From a virus (Duplodnaviria > Caudoviricetes): 46,452 bases of DNA. The notes under the pieces were generated by a model. That model was not told the origin of the DNA, did no database searches, and worked only from the letters and a program-made list of their open reading frames with translations. Made by a program: the position numbers and the translations under genes. The DNA lies in IMG/VR virus record IMGVR_UViG_3300011403_000006, positions 1 to 46,452 of that record; one strand, given 5' to 3'. The first letter of the stretch is position 1; each line of letters starts with the position of its first letter. Positions 34,057 through 44,300 of this stretch are shown here, piece by piece.

Positions 34057-34695
34057 TTAACGAGATAGAACAGACCTAAACGGCCTACGACGCACAGGCA
34101 ACTGTTGAGTATTCTTTATTTCAGTAGCAATCATTACGGGTAACAAACGACCTGCATCAATATCTAATGCATCTGCACGAGTATTGTTACCACCTATGTA
34201 TCTGCTGGCTAGTGATGCACTTCTATACGACAGAAATTCTAATGAACTGTTGATTAGTATTGGACTATTTTCGTTATCAAGTAATGGAAAACCTTTCATG
34301 TACTTTACGAGTACTTCTCTAGGCGTAGTTACACCAGCGAATTTAATTTCGTTTTCACGCCATATCCATCTACCTACTATTGGTCCGGGTTCACTACCTT
34401 CCCATTTACCCATAGTCATTGGTGTATATGATGTTTCACCCGGCCCACGTTCGGACAAATGAATAGGAATTACCATGTCATTGATTTCGTTTATGGTAAT
34501 TGCCTTCATACCTACGTCAACTGGTACCATCTGAGACAATTCCTTGACCGCGCCGATTCCGTTTACCGTAAGTTGTTTTTCGGCCTCACCATAAGCAAGT
34601 TGAATAAATGGAAGCATGACTTCATTGGTATAGATTTGTATACCAGTGTCGTTCAGAAGTACACGAGCTAATTTAGCTACATCAATGACTTCCAT
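34057..34695 (-). CDS. Head-tail adaptor (tail tubular A-like)
   Basis: ARVLLND....Y.NEV..FI.LAY helical N-terminus; position in module. Confidence 0.7.
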   Translation of the reverse strand: MEVIDVAKLARVLLNDTGIQIYTNEVMLPFIQLAYGEAEKQLTVNGIGAVKELSQMVPVDVGMKAITINEINDMVIPIHLSERGPGETSYTPMTMGKWEGSEPGPIVGRWIWRENEIKFAGVTTPREVLVKYMKGFPLLDNENSPILINSSLEFLSYRSASLASRYIGGNNTRADALDIDAGRLLPVMIATEIKNTQQLPVRRRPFRSVLSR

Positions 34696-34700
34696 TTTCC

Positions 34701-35378
34701 TTACCCTTTATTACCAGCATTAACATTGACAAATCTATCTTTATTCTGTTCCCAAAGAGCCTTATCAAGCACGTAATTACAATTCGAACAAATTATCGCC
34801 TTAGGATTGACAATAGTTTGACACATAGGACAAGCCATAACATTCTCAACTTCCGCATTAATGTCCCACGGCTTATTACGCAAGTTGAGTGCTTTTGCTG
34901 CTTTCCTTTGTAATTCCGATACAACTCCCGGCGATTTGATTTGCGCGTAATCAATGTCAGCCTGTCTTACAAGTTCCATAAACCAACGTCTTTGCATATC
35001 ACGTATTTCAGTGAGTTGCTTGAAGTGTTTAGCTATTACTTCTACCTTATCAAGTTTACCAACCAAATACATTAGAGCAGGTTGAGAGTACCCAACATTG
35101 ATATTTATGCATGAATTTACCTCATCACGTACTATGGCTTCAGCTATCTCTCTACTAAGCATAGGACGTGAAATCCATCCATCACCACCTGGGCCTAAAT
35201 CATTTCCAGCATACCACCAGCAAGTAGCCGGGCCGATATGAGATACGACGCAATCATTAAATCCGTCCACTACTTCTGGAATATAGTAGAAGGATGGATT
35301 GACGTGTGGAATTAACTTGTGTACCGGAAACGGCATACACGATACGACTGTACAAATATCATATTCATTCTCGTTCAT
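34701..35378 (-). CDS. Hypothetical protein with C-terminal zinc ribbon
   Basis: CPMC...CSNC. Confidence 0.75.
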   Translation of the reverse strand: MNENEYDICTVVSCMPFPVHKLIPHVNPSFYYIPEVVDGFNDCVVSHIGPATCWWYAGNDLGPGGDGWISRPMLSREIAEAIVRDEVNSCININVGYSQPALMYLVGKLDKVEVIAKHFKQLTEIRDMQRRWFMELVRQADIDYAQIKSPGVVSELQRKAAKALNLRNKPWDINAEVENVMACPMCQTIVNPKAIICSNCNYVLDKALWEQNKDRFVNVNAGNKG

Positions 35379-35923
35379 CGTTTATCTCCACTATTATTGT
35401 TAAGAAATACGGGTTTAACGAAATTTACCTTTTGATTCTTCATGTCATGCACGCCATCGTTACCGCCGAATAGTAATGCTTCAGTTTCTTTTATATCTTT
35501 TTCTTTTGCATCGGCTTCTTCTTGTTTGAAATTACGTTTCTTGCCGTGTAAAGCATTACGAACACCCTCTAAACGACTTACAACAACTATCTCAACGGCT
35601 TCCCACACAGGATAAAGAGGATTACGGTCCTTATCCATAAATGTCCATAAAGGTTCGTAACTACTTGTCACAAATGGTTGGTCAGGAAAATCACCAAACC
35701 TTAATTCCTCTAAAACATGCTTTCCGTCTATGTAGTCGTACTTAGCAACTTCCTTTAAGCAAGTTTCTTCTCTTAGGAATAACGGGCCGACATAAACTTC
35801 AAACGTGCCATACCTTTTCTCGAATTGTGTGTCACTGAATACAACGCGAAAATTAGCTCGGCCATCAATAGACTTGCCGAATCGTTCAATTAGCCGTTTA
35901 TTGATGACCGAGATGTTTTCCAT
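35375..35923 (-). CDS. Hypothetical late protein
   Basis: 182-aa in-operon ORF; ATGA overlap. Confidence 0.75.
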   Translation of the reverse strand: MENISVINKRLIERFGKSIDGRANFRVVFSDTQFEKRYGTFEVYVGPLFLREETCLKEVAKYDYIDGKHVLEELRFGDFPDQPFVTSSYEPLWTFMDKDRNPLYPVWEAVEIVVVSRLEGVRNALHGKKRNFKQEEADAKEKDIKETEALLFGGNDGVHDMKNQKVNFVKPVFLNNNSGDKR

Positions 35924-35926
35924 GAC

Positions 35927-36016
35927 TTATTTTTTTAGAGATAGACACCAACAAAGATGCTCAAGTCCATATCTAGCTGATTTTGGATTATCACTTCCAC
36001 AATCACATTTAGACAT
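35927..36016 (-). CDS. 29-aa zinc-binding micro-protein
   Basis: TAATG-coupled; MSKCDCGSDNPKSARYGLEHLCWCLSLKK (CxCG...HxxWC); fills the gap between genes exactly. Confidence 0.5.
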   Translation of the reverse strand: MSKCDCGSDNPKSARYGLEHLCWCLSLKK

Positions 36017-36303
36017 TACGAAATCGGACCAATTACCCATTTCTTGAGAGACGGAATCCATATAAAGTCGCATGGACGATTTTGTGCTACTGTAGCGCCG
36101 ACCAGTATATTACCAGTCGTACCGAATATCACCGCGCCGTCCACTGGAATTATAGTGACTTTCGTGCTATACTCACTTAACGCACCAGTAAGAGTATTGA
36201 CCTGTGTAGTGCCTTTGAGAACAACTACATCACTAGTAACACCAACTGTAGCTGCGGAATTCTTTTGTTCGATGCTTCGTTTTGATACCATTCCTGGGAA
36301 CAT
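36016..36303 (-). CDS. Small beta-rich protein, candidate capsid decoration
   Basis: AGGAG SD; downstream of the major capsid gene. Confidence 0.65.
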   Translation of the reverse strand: MFPGMVSKRSIEQKNSAATVGVTSDVVVLKGTTQVNTLTGALSEYSTKVTIIPVDGAVIFGTTGNILVGATVAQNRPCDFIWIPSLKKWVIGPIS

Positions 36304-36312
36304 TTTTCTCTC

Positions 36313-36543
36313 CTACTTATACTGATCATTATTTGTGTATAATCCATGATGCGTATGAGAATGTGATGGATCTATTGGAATAATCGAATGAGTATGGCTT
36401 GGTGGACAGCACATTGAGTATGGATCGTTGTACGTATGACCATTATTCTGTTCTACTGTTTGCAGTTGTTCTTTAGGTTTAATAGGCGTAACAGCACCTA
36501 CCGCAACAGCTAACAAACTACCAAAGAATCCTCGTCTATGCAT
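36313..36543 (-). CDS. Small protein with twin-arginine-like signal and His-rich tail
   Basis: AGGAG SD before ATG 36543; MHRRGFFGSLLAVAVGA; SHTHSI.PIDPSHSHTHH. Confidence 0.65.
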   Translation of the reverse strand: MHRRGFFGSLLAVAVGAVTPIKPKEQLQTVEQNNGHTYNDPYSMCCPPSHTHSIIPIDPSHSHTHHGLYTNNDQYK

Positions 36544-36566
36544 AATACTCCTAATTAAGTAACGAA

Positions 36567-36597
36567 TAGGGTGGCGCATGACTGGTACACCACCCTA
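36567..36597 (-). terminator. Terminator-like hairpin after the major capsid gene
   Basis: Minus strand tagggtggtgt...gcgccacccta followed by ttcgttactt; a nested stem-loop lies just upstream (about 36603-36668). Confidence 0.6.
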
Positions 36598-36688
36598 CCG
36601 ACTTATTGGTGCTACCTCTCCAGCATTATGTCGGCAGTATCCTCCCAACTAAAGCTGAAACACCAATAAATATCTATCTCCCATTTCA

Positions 36689-37981
36689 TTAGTAACCAGA
36701 CGGAATAGCAAGACCATCAATATAGGTTTCACCAGCAGGATTCATTACGAAAATGTTCATTCCAGATGCAATGTAGAAAATATCCGCGGCAGCAACACCG
36801 CCATCCGTATCTCTAATTTCGAAAAACTTACGGCCCTGTTTATCTGTATAGTAACCTACAGGCTGTACTTCACTTCTACCCCAATTTGATTCCACAATGA
36901 AATCAATCCGGCGCTTATTCCAACTAAAGTGAGTACGAACAGGTGCTCCCGCAAGCTGCATATTGTTCTGGTCAAAATACATATTGAGACCTTGTGATTT
37001 CGTAGTCATATTGATTACGCTCACAAGTTGACCAGTACGTTCATAAGCATCTTGCTGAACAGGATGCATCCATGCTTTCATTGAAGATAGTGCATCCTTA
37101 CCTACACGATTACCAGACTTATTGATAGCCTGTCGTGCAAAAGGTAGAGCAAATGCAGCACCGGCCGCATTAACACGATTTGCTCTAACTTGTGGTAATG
37201 TGGCCCTATCAAGTCCAAGCCATGTGCCGGTGCTCGCGTCTGAGTGATGATATAGCACTCCAAGCAATGATACAGGTGGAGTTGCGGTTAGACCAGATAC
37301 GACTAATTTATCAGTTGCGACAGCAGGAGCAGCTACTGTTGCATTGAATCTGACCTGTTTATTACCAATGTCGTAAAATTCAATTGGACCCTCACCAGCA
37401 ACCGCACCTAATGTAGAGAACGGTTTACGTGTGGTTAGTGCCGCATTGTATACAGAATAGAATGACGCATCTCGCAGCAAACGAATATCGAATCCATCTC
37501 CAGTAACATCATCAAGCGTATATGTGTCTTTACCACCAGCAGTAGATACAGCAGTAATAGTACCAACTGTGCCGGTTCCATCACCCATAGCAAGATTATC
37601 CATGTGTTTGCGATATTCTGCCATAGATGTTGCTACGAGATGTCTAAACGTACTGAGAACTGCTTTTCTAGCTGAATCAGTGGCCCAATCTGATTTACGA
37701 GTCCATTCCACACCCATTTTATTATAGGCTACAGGAATAAGACCTTTATCGAATTTCGGACCAGTACCACGACCTAATCCACCACCATCTGGATTGAAAT
37801 GACCAAACTTTCCACCTGGTCTCAATTCAAGTGGAACTCTCATATCACGTGCGCTAGTTTCCGTAGCAGGTCGTTTAAGTATTGTCTGAATAAACGTACC
37901 TTCACGCTCAAAAACCAGACCTACTTTTGGATGCGTACGCTCTAATTCATTTGCAAGCACATCTGCTTCATCTGTTGGCAT
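36689..37981 (-). CDS. Major capsid protein (HK97 fold)
   Basis: 430 aa directly after the scaffold; MRVPL, A.GDGTG, W.GLDR, NP terminal motif; GAGGTAGGA SD. Confidence 0.85.
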   Translation of the reverse strand: MPTDEADVLANELERTHPKVGLVFEREGTFIQTILKRPATETSARDMRVPLELRPGGKFGHFNPDGGGLGRGTGPKFDKGLIPVAYNKMGVEWTRKSDWATDSARKAVLSTFRHLVATSMAEYRKHMDNLAMGDGTGTVGTITAVSTAGGKDTYTLDDVTGDGFDIRLLRDASFYSVYNAALTTRKPFSTLGAVAGEGPIEFYDIGNKQVRFNATVAAPAVATDKLVVSGLTATPPVSLLGVLYHHSDASTGTWLGLDRATLPQVRANRVNAAGAAFALPFARQAINKSGNRVGKDALSSMKAWMHPVQQDAYERTGQLVSVINMTTKSQGLNMYFDQNNMQLAGAPVRTHFSWNKRRIDFIVESNWGRSEVQPVGYYTDKQGRKFFEIRDTDGGVAAADIFYIASGMNIFVMNPAGETYIDGLAIPSGY

Positions 37982-38096
37982 TGTTCCTACCTCATCTCAC
38001 TATCTTGGCACCTCACTAATATGTTTCATATAATATGGTTTAAGGTTTATCCATTCAGCCCGCGCCACCAAGCGGTTTTTAAGTGGACTTCGCTTA

Positions 38097-39416
38097 CTAT
38101 GGACTACCTAAAATATCTTCATCAGTAGTATTCTTCCAATCTATCTTCTTAGGATCGTTTGGAATCCTCTTTACGTTATTATTTCCACCGCCACCGCCCG
38201 ACGTAATAATCTTTTTCTCGTCTTTTCTTTCCACACCACGCTGACCGTCAGTACGAGCCTCACCACGAATTTTACTTCTAATGGCAGGCATAATTCGTTT
38301 GGCTTTAGCTAAATACGTGTGAGCAATTCGCTGTTTTGCCTCACGAGTAAAGCCTTCTTTATGAGCTTTTTTCCATAGAGCCGACATTTGACCCTGGAAA
38401 GCCTTATCATTTTTCAGTGTTTGACCAATACGGCTCATTACCTTATCTGCTAGTGCCTCTCGAACAAAATTATTGTAGACGTTATCCGGGTCAAGTCCTT
38501 CTCGAATCATTTCGTCTAGTTTTTTCTCAGTATAATCGTATATGGTCTTAGAATGTTCCTGATAACGAGCTTCCTGTTCTTCTTGACGTTCTTTCTCAAA
38601 TTTAATACGTTCAGGGTCTTTCTCTTTCCGCGCCGTGCCATTAAAAGCTGGTATTTCTTGTGCTCCAAACACGAAATTACTCAAATATTTCGTAGCCAGT
38701 AAGAGATTTTTATCACCTGACTTACTTGCATGACTTTCTGCTGCTTTTAGCGCACTAGCAATAACAGGATCAGTAATGCGATAATACATGTCACTGTTAT
38801 TACGTCTAATCTCAGTGAGCATGTTAGATGCAAATTCTTCCGTCTTACCACGCTCTGTTTTCTCAAGAGCAGCTATAAGCTCAGTAGGATCTCCACGTAA
38901 TGTTGTGGCAGAAATATCATCTAGTATCGCAGCCTTCTCACGGGCCTCAGTTGCATCCTCTACAGAACCGAATATTTTGTTATATTCACGATTCTGGAAA
39001 ATTACATCCTTTAGCTCTGGGAATTCCTTAAAAATCTTAGGGTACGACTCTTTGAGAGCACGGGGTGTAAGATCCTTTGCCTCAATAACTTGTTCTTCAG
39101 TTTTCTTTTCGCCATCCTCTTTTTTATCATCTGTTTTTTCGTCTTTCTTCTCGTCTTTATCACTATCTACATCACCGGATTTAATATCACGTATAGGTTT
39201 ATCTTCATCTACGTCTTCATCTTCACCTATGTCATCATCTTTAACAGGTTTATCATCATCTAGGTCATCATCAACCTTATCGTCACCTTTATCAGCAGCA
39301 TCAGCAGCATCAAATTCACCTAAATCACCTAACGCGCCGGACATAAAATCACTACCTACAGGTTCATCCGGTGAGTAGAAAATGGGTAGAGTGAAAGTAA
39401 AATACTTAAGCAACAT
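38097..39416 (-). CDS. Scaffolding protein
   Basis: FYSPDE leader, acidic N-terminal stretch, coiled coils; between portal and capsid; start reassigned to MLLKYF. Confidence 0.8.
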   Translation of the reverse strand: MLLKYFTFTLPIFYSPDEPVGSDFMSGALGDLGEFDAADAADKGDDKVDDDLDDDKPVKDDDIGEDEDVDEDKPIRDIKSGDVDSDKDEKKDEKTDDKKEDGEKKTEEQVIEAKDLTPRALKESYPKIFKEFPELKDVIFQNREYNKIFGSVEDATEAREKAAILDDISATTLRGDPTELIAALEKTERGKTEEFASNMLTEIRRNNSDMYYRITDPVIASALKAAESHASKSGDKNLLLATKYLSNFVFGAQEIPAFNGTARKEKDPERIKFEKERQEEQEARYQEHSKTIYDYTEKKLDEMIREGLDPDNVYNNFVREALADKVMSRIGQTLKNDKAFQGQMSALWKKAHKEGFTREAKQRIAHTYLAKAKRIMPAIRSKIRGEARTDGQRGVERKDEKKIITSGGGGGNNNVKRIPNDPKKIDWKNTTDEDILGSP

Positions 39417-41589
39417 TTTGATCTCCCTGCTGTCTATTTTCCTGAATAGGTTTACCTTCAGCTTCATCAACAGCACCCATTTCGGCTTGCTGTTGTTCAA
39501 GTGAGGCCATTACTTCTTTATGTGTACGAGCATGTTCTTTAACGAAATTGTAGCCTTCGATATTGGTTAATTTGGCATCTTGACCGTATGGACTATTCAT
39601 CCAAGCAGTACACGCCATGTATTCAATCTCATGGTCATCAAGATCTGGATCAACTGGTACTTGTATTCCTTCCAACATATCCTGAATTTCGTTAAGTTGT
39701 TTATTACGACTATCATCACCAGGAATATACAGTTCAGGAAAGCCTAGATACCTTGCCACCACACCAGCATTTTCGGGATGCGTAATTACAGCTCTAACCG
39801 CATCGTCTTTATATTCCATCAACTTAACAAGCGCATCTTTTTTCTGTGTAAACGACATTGGGAACGCGCTATTTGTCTCCGGTTCAACACTACCAATCTT
39901 TCCATGTAAATCAGCACGCCTAATCCAAACATTAACCCAATTAGAACCAGACTTCTTAACCATCTTTTCGTCTTCTCGCATCTCGTTAATGAATATACGA
40001 GTTGCTTTCTCTGTAACTTGTGCCCACCATACGGATAGTACTTTCCACGAGATCGAAAGGCGCTGTAATGCACGCGCTTGAGACGCACTATATTCTGCGT
40101 ACGTTTTACTTCCACCTGCTTGCACTCCGCCGTATATAGATGGAAAGTCGCCTAATACGAATTGTCCATCTTGGTCTAATGTTTTCTTAAATTCCTCAGC
40201 TTCTTTCGGATATACGGCAGTCTTTAATGTTGTGAATGCGTCACCTAATGCTCGGCCCGGTGGCATTGACTTAACAGGATATACTTGGCCCGGTGCAGCT
40301 TCAGTCTTATTGTACTTATCAAAATCAACTACAGCAGGGTCAGCCCACGTCTCAGGTATACCATACTCCATTGACTGTAATTGAAGTATAACTATCTCAC
40401 TTCTAATATCCTGAACTGGCTTAACTGGTAATCCTAATGGTTCCGCGTGAATAAAATTGCTTAATGGTGACTGCGTAAGAATCCAATGATCGTCAATAGA
40501 TTCATCACCACATTCCACAAACTGGTCGTTCATCATCAATATGTATACACCGTGCGGAAACAGCTTCTTTAACTTTTTAGTGACCTCAGGCGAACTAGCT
40601 TTATTAAACTGCCACGGTCTTAACCAAGCTCGGCGCCAAGTAACAATTTCAGAAGTTTCTTCCCAATCAAATTCTGATTCAATACGTGCCCATCTACCAG
40701 TTTCGTACTCATTTCCGCTGTTACCTATTGCTATATCATCTCCCGCAATTTCCTGAGCATATTCCTTATCTGACTCAGTTTCGAGTATTAAATAGCCGAT
40801 TTCTTTCTGAGTACGATTGAAATGAGGTATTCTTACGTTTAATGCACCATAAACCTCAATACAAGGCCGCGGCTTATCTTTTTGCTCGTAGCCGATGATA
40901 GCTGGTACTTCTTCCTCGACGGTATCAATGATGGGTATAACAACTTGCTGACAATATTCACACTGAACCAGGCCGGGCACATCTACGTTTTCATATTCAC
41001 CAGCCGCACCATCGCGTACTGAAGCAGATAAATCAGCACCACATGTAGGGCATATATGAAAATCGTTGTATTGCGTCCTCTTTCCATACGTAGGAACCTC
41101 ATACTGACCGTTTTCTGGTGATGTCTTGCTATAAACGTAGGCCGCTACAGTTCCCTGGTTGTACATCAGATACAGTGCTCGTATCAAAAGTAGAATACTT
41201 TTCTGTTGACGAGCTATTAATGCGGAAATTTGTGACCATGCTTCAGCAGTCCGACAATCGTTTATATTCTCTCCGTCGTCAGGTACGAATATAGTTGATG
41301 GCAGGTCTTGACTGAGAGCAGCAATTATGCTCTCACCATGCGCTCTATAAATATTGATAACTTTATCAGCATAATAAGTATCGAGTTCCGCATCAAGATC
41401 CTGATCATTTACAGAACGCCAATCTTTAGCTCGTTCATCCCAAAATACGTTCTGTATATTCTTCCAATACAAATCAAGTAACTTCAATGTGCGTAATTGT
41501 CTATCTCGCACACTTTGGTCACGTGTTTGGATGTTCTTCAGTAGAGTTTTTAGCTCATCCTGAAGTTCTACGGGTATTTTCTTTATCAT
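39406..41589 (-). CDS. Portal protein
   Basis: 727 aa; INIYRA...LSQD.P, VQD, DDHEI C-terminal motif; upstream of scaffold and capsid. Confidence 0.85.
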   Translation of the reverse strand: MIKKIPVELQDELKTLLKNIQTRDQSVRDRQLRTLKLLDLYWKNIQNVFWDERAKDWRSVNDQDLDAELDTYYADKVINIYRAHGESIIAALSQDLPSTIFVPDDGENINDCRTAEAWSQISALIARQQKSILLLIRALYLMYNQGTVAAYVYSKTSPENGQYEVPTYGKRTQYNDFHICPTCGADLSASVRDGAAGEYENVDVPGLVQCEYCQQVVIPIIDTVEEEVPAIIGYEQKDKPRPCIEVYGALNVRIPHFNRTQKEIGYLILETESDKEYAQEIAGDDIAIGNSGNEYETGRWARIESEFDWEETSEIVTWRRAWLRPWQFNKASSPEVTKKLKKLFPHGVYILMMNDQFVECGDESIDDHWILTQSPLSNFIHAEPLGLPVKPVQDIRSEIVILQLQSMEYGIPETWADPAVVDFDKYNKTEAAPGQVYPVKSMPPGRALGDAFTTLKTAVYPKEAEEFKKTLDQDGQFVLGDFPSIYGGVQAGGSKTYAEYSASQARALQRLSISWKVLSVWWAQVTEKATRIFINEMREDEKMVKKSGSNWVNVWIRRADLHGKIGSVEPETNSAFPMSFTQKKDALVKLMEYKDDAVRAVITHPENAGVVARYLGFPELYIPGDDSRNKQLNEIQDMLEGIQVPVDPDLDDHEIEYMACTAWMNSPYGQDAKLTNIEGYNFVKEHARTHKEVMASLEQQQAEMGAVDEAEGKPIQENRQQGDQNVA

Positions 41590-41611
41590 CTCGGCTCGCG
41601 CCTCGAACTAG

Positions 41612-43915
41612 TTACTTTTTAATTGCTTTATGAGCTATCAACTTAGCAAAATATTGTATATGTTCCTTCATCGCCGGTCCTAATTCATTATAACTCTTAC
41701 CAGTTTCTTGTTTAGCTAATTGTTCTAGAACTTCATCCATTGTCTCGGATACTTCTACCGTAAAAGTTTTACCAGTACTAACATCGTTTACTTTTAATGG
41801 CGCCGTGCCCATATCAATTTTGGGTTTATCACTAATTGCCTTCATTATTTCGTCTTGCTGTTTTGAAGTTAAATCAAGCCAACTTTCCTTACCATACCAT
41901 GCCTTAGCTAAAGACTTTTGCTTAAATTCCGTTGTTTGGTACTTCGTTGCTTCCAATGATGCTTTTACTTTAGATTCAGGAACCTGCGCCGTGCCTATTG
42001 ACGCTTTTACTTTTGATGAACTAATAGGCGGATAAATCTCATCAAGTATATCTATTATTTCTGGATTATTTTGTTTAGCTAACTTAATATCGTCAGGATC
42101 AGTTAGAGTAATCAAATCTTCATAAATATCATCAACGTTTTTCTTAGCTTCCTTACCTAACGCATCATAGTGATTAGCATAATCGGCTTTGGATATCTTA
42201 AACTTGATTTCATCTTGCATATCCGGTGTTATTACTGGCTTAGGAACAGACCATTTAGTAGCTGCTTCAAATCCTTCTTTATCTATGCCCAAGTCATCAA
42301 ATTCAAATTCATCATCAGGAATCTCATAAGCCTTCTGAACAGCATCATCTACATCTTGCTTTTGCCAATCATTTAGGTTCTCATATTTTTCTTTATACAG
42401 CTTTAGTGCTTGTTTATCTTGCTGTGTTGATACAGATTTCCACTTCTCTGCATACGGTATCAGTTCATTTTGAATGTCTTTATCAGTTTTAACGTAATCC
42501 TCATAACCGAAATTCGATTTAGGATTAGTAGTAAATAGTTTATCACCACCTAAATATATTTTACTTCCCTGACCTTCTTTATCAGCCTTTTGTAATGCCT
42601 CTGTTTTAGTCTTAAAAAATCCTAGCGATTCATTACCTCTACTATTAGGACTACGCACCTCATACGGAAACTCACCCATACTTCTCTGGCTTAATTTAGT
42701 GCCCCAGGGTGTTTCCATTTTACTTACATCTGGAAATGCCCATGAAGGCTTATTAACATCTGTGTATCGTATTGCGTCGAACCCTAATTTTTTCGTTATT
42801 TCAGGATCATTAAGTGGGATACGAATATCATCCATCTTATCGCCAATATGTTGTAAATCTAATTGTTCCCTCATAGTTAAAGGGATACCTTCTTTTAGCT
42901 TCTTATCAATTGGTCCTTGAATTCTCTGTAAATATGGTATTTCCTCAGCTAAATCTTTTGCTTTTTGTACAGTATTAAGTCTATCAGCCTCACCAAATGA
43001 ACTTTTATGTGGTCGCCAGAGTTCTAAACCTTTAACTAACTTCTCAACATCAACAGGATCTTCAGGTAATTTGGTTAAATCGACAGCGTTTAATGATGAT
43101 GGAGCTGTTACTGCTGTTAAGTTTGGTCTTGCATCTCGTCGATAACCATAACTTTCCACCTGAGTAGGTCTGTATGGGCTACCACGCTTATACATGTAAT
43201 CTCGAATAGCGTAATCCTTATCTTCCGCGGCGTGCCCCATGTAACCTAAAGTATCTCGTCTATTAAAGTATTGAGGATTTATCTCTTTATATGTAGATGC
43301 TGAATCAGTAATACCAGGATCACCTCTCCATACAACCGGCTTACCACTTATTTCAGGTAATCCTAATTTCTTACCTAGCTTTAAGAAAGGTATTCCTGCT
43401 CCTAACGCTTCTGCACCTAATTTAGCACCACCATATTTAGCTGCTAATGCCGTAGCACCTTTAACTGCTGCTGGCCCGGCGATTGGTAAATAATCACCAA
43501 TTAAACCTAATGGTGATGTACTTCCACCTACTTGAAATTCAGCTAAGCCACCTAGAAAATCACCACCATATTCTTTGGCCTTACTAATTAATTTTTCTTC
43601 TTCTTCCGGCAATAAAGGTGTAGTTGCTAATTCTAAGGGCCGAGCTAATGACTGTGCTACTGATGGATGCTTAGGTCTCTTAGGTAAATCTATTGAATAT
43701 TTAGGAATACCTGCTACTTCTTCTTGCCGTAATGGGTCGATACCAAGATTATCAATATTAACGTCTGCCTGCCAATCATCATCATAAAAATTAGGTGGAA
43801 GTTCCGGGCCGAGCCTTTGTCTATTATCGCCTGACGGATTAGGTAATAATATATCATCCCTTCTATTACGTGACGGGAATCGTGGAGTAAAGAATGAACC
43901 TAAATCGAATGGCAT
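41612..43915 (-). CDS. Polyvalent-type protein: ejection-protein-like N-terminus, ART-PolyVal-like ADP-ribosyltransferase domain, C-terminal helical repeats
   Basis: GKPVVWRGD...LGYMGHAAEDKDYA..Y...NAVDL...KKLGFDAIRY...WAFPD; shares ATTPLLPEEEE-x25-TSPLGL with 18630..21479. Confidence 0.6.
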   Translation of the reverse strand: MPFDLGSFFTPRFPSRNRRDDILLPNPSGDNRQRLGPELPPNFYDDDWQADVNIDNLGIDPLRQEEVAGIPKYSIDLPKRPKHPSVAQSLARPLELATTPLLPEEEEKLISKAKEYGGDFLGGLAEFQVGGSTSPLGLIGDYLPIAGPAAVKGATALAAKYGGAKLGAEALGAGIPFLKLGKKLGLPEISGKPVVWRGDPGITDSASTYKEINPQYFNRRDTLGYMGHAAEDKDYAIRDYMYKRGSPYRPTQVESYGYRRDARPNLTAVTAPSSLNAVDLTKLPEDPVDVEKLVKGLELWRPHKSSFGEADRLNTVQKAKDLAEEIPYLQRIQGPIDKKLKEGIPLTMREQLDLQHIGDKMDDIRIPLNDPEITKKLGFDAIRYTDVNKPSWAFPDVSKMETPWGTKLSQRSMGEFPYEVRSPNSRGNESLGFFKTKTEALQKADKEGQGSKIYLGGDKLFTTNPKSNFGYEDYVKTDKDIQNELIPYAEKWKSVSTQQDKQALKLYKEKYENLNDWQKQDVDDAVQKAYEIPDDEFEFDDLGIDKEGFEAATKWSVPKPVITPDMQDEIKFKISKADYANHYDALGKEAKKNVDDIYEDLITLTDPDDIKLAKQNNPEIIDILDEIYPPISSSKVKASIGTAQVPESKVKASLEATKYQTTEFKQKSLAKAWYGKESWLDLTSKQQDEIMKAISDKPKIDMGTAPLKVNDVSTGKTFTVEVSETMDEVLEQLAKQETGKSYNELGPAMKEHIQYFAKLIAHKAIKK

Positions 43916-43916
43916 A

Positions 43917-44300
43917 TCACTTATCTATCGGCTTTTGCGATACTGCCTTACGACTAGATGCCTCAAGTGACTGTCTCATTCTAAGTGGTGACATTGGCTT
44001 ATGAATTACTTGTCTATCTTCATCACTCATTACCGCACGACTAGCAGATAAACCAAGCTGCTCTAAAAACAACTTCTTGAACTCATCCCTATCTCGTTTA
44101 ATTTCTTCTAGTTCAATTTCCATCGACAATATCTGCTGTCTATAAAGCTGAACAACCTCATTATGCCGTAATTCATACTGAGGTGGTCCAACTCTAAAAG
44201 CGTCTACGATGATACCGACGAACGCCGAAACCTTTTTTAGAATTAGCTGATTCCACAATTTCCATTTGTCTGTAAAATTGAGTTGTGTCGCCTGATTCAT
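43917..44300 (-). CDS. Coiled-coil hypothetical protein (start uncertain)
   Basis: In-operon ORF overlapping the terminase 3' end. Confidence 0.6.
   Translation of the reverse strand: MNQATQLNFTDKWKLWNQLILKKVSAFVGIIVDAFRVGPPQYELRHNEVVQLYRQQILSMEIELEEIKRDRDEFKKLFLEQLGLSASRAVMSDEDRQVIHKPMSPLRMRQSLEASSRKAVSQKPIDK

Noticed and set aside
38788-39378. 196-aa Ser-rich plus-strand ORF, and other long antisense ORFs such as 24381..24875, 13138..13596 and 17305..17721
   Set aside because: Antisense shadows of well-supported genes; the Ser/Leu richness mirrors Asp/Glu/Lys codons on the coding strand
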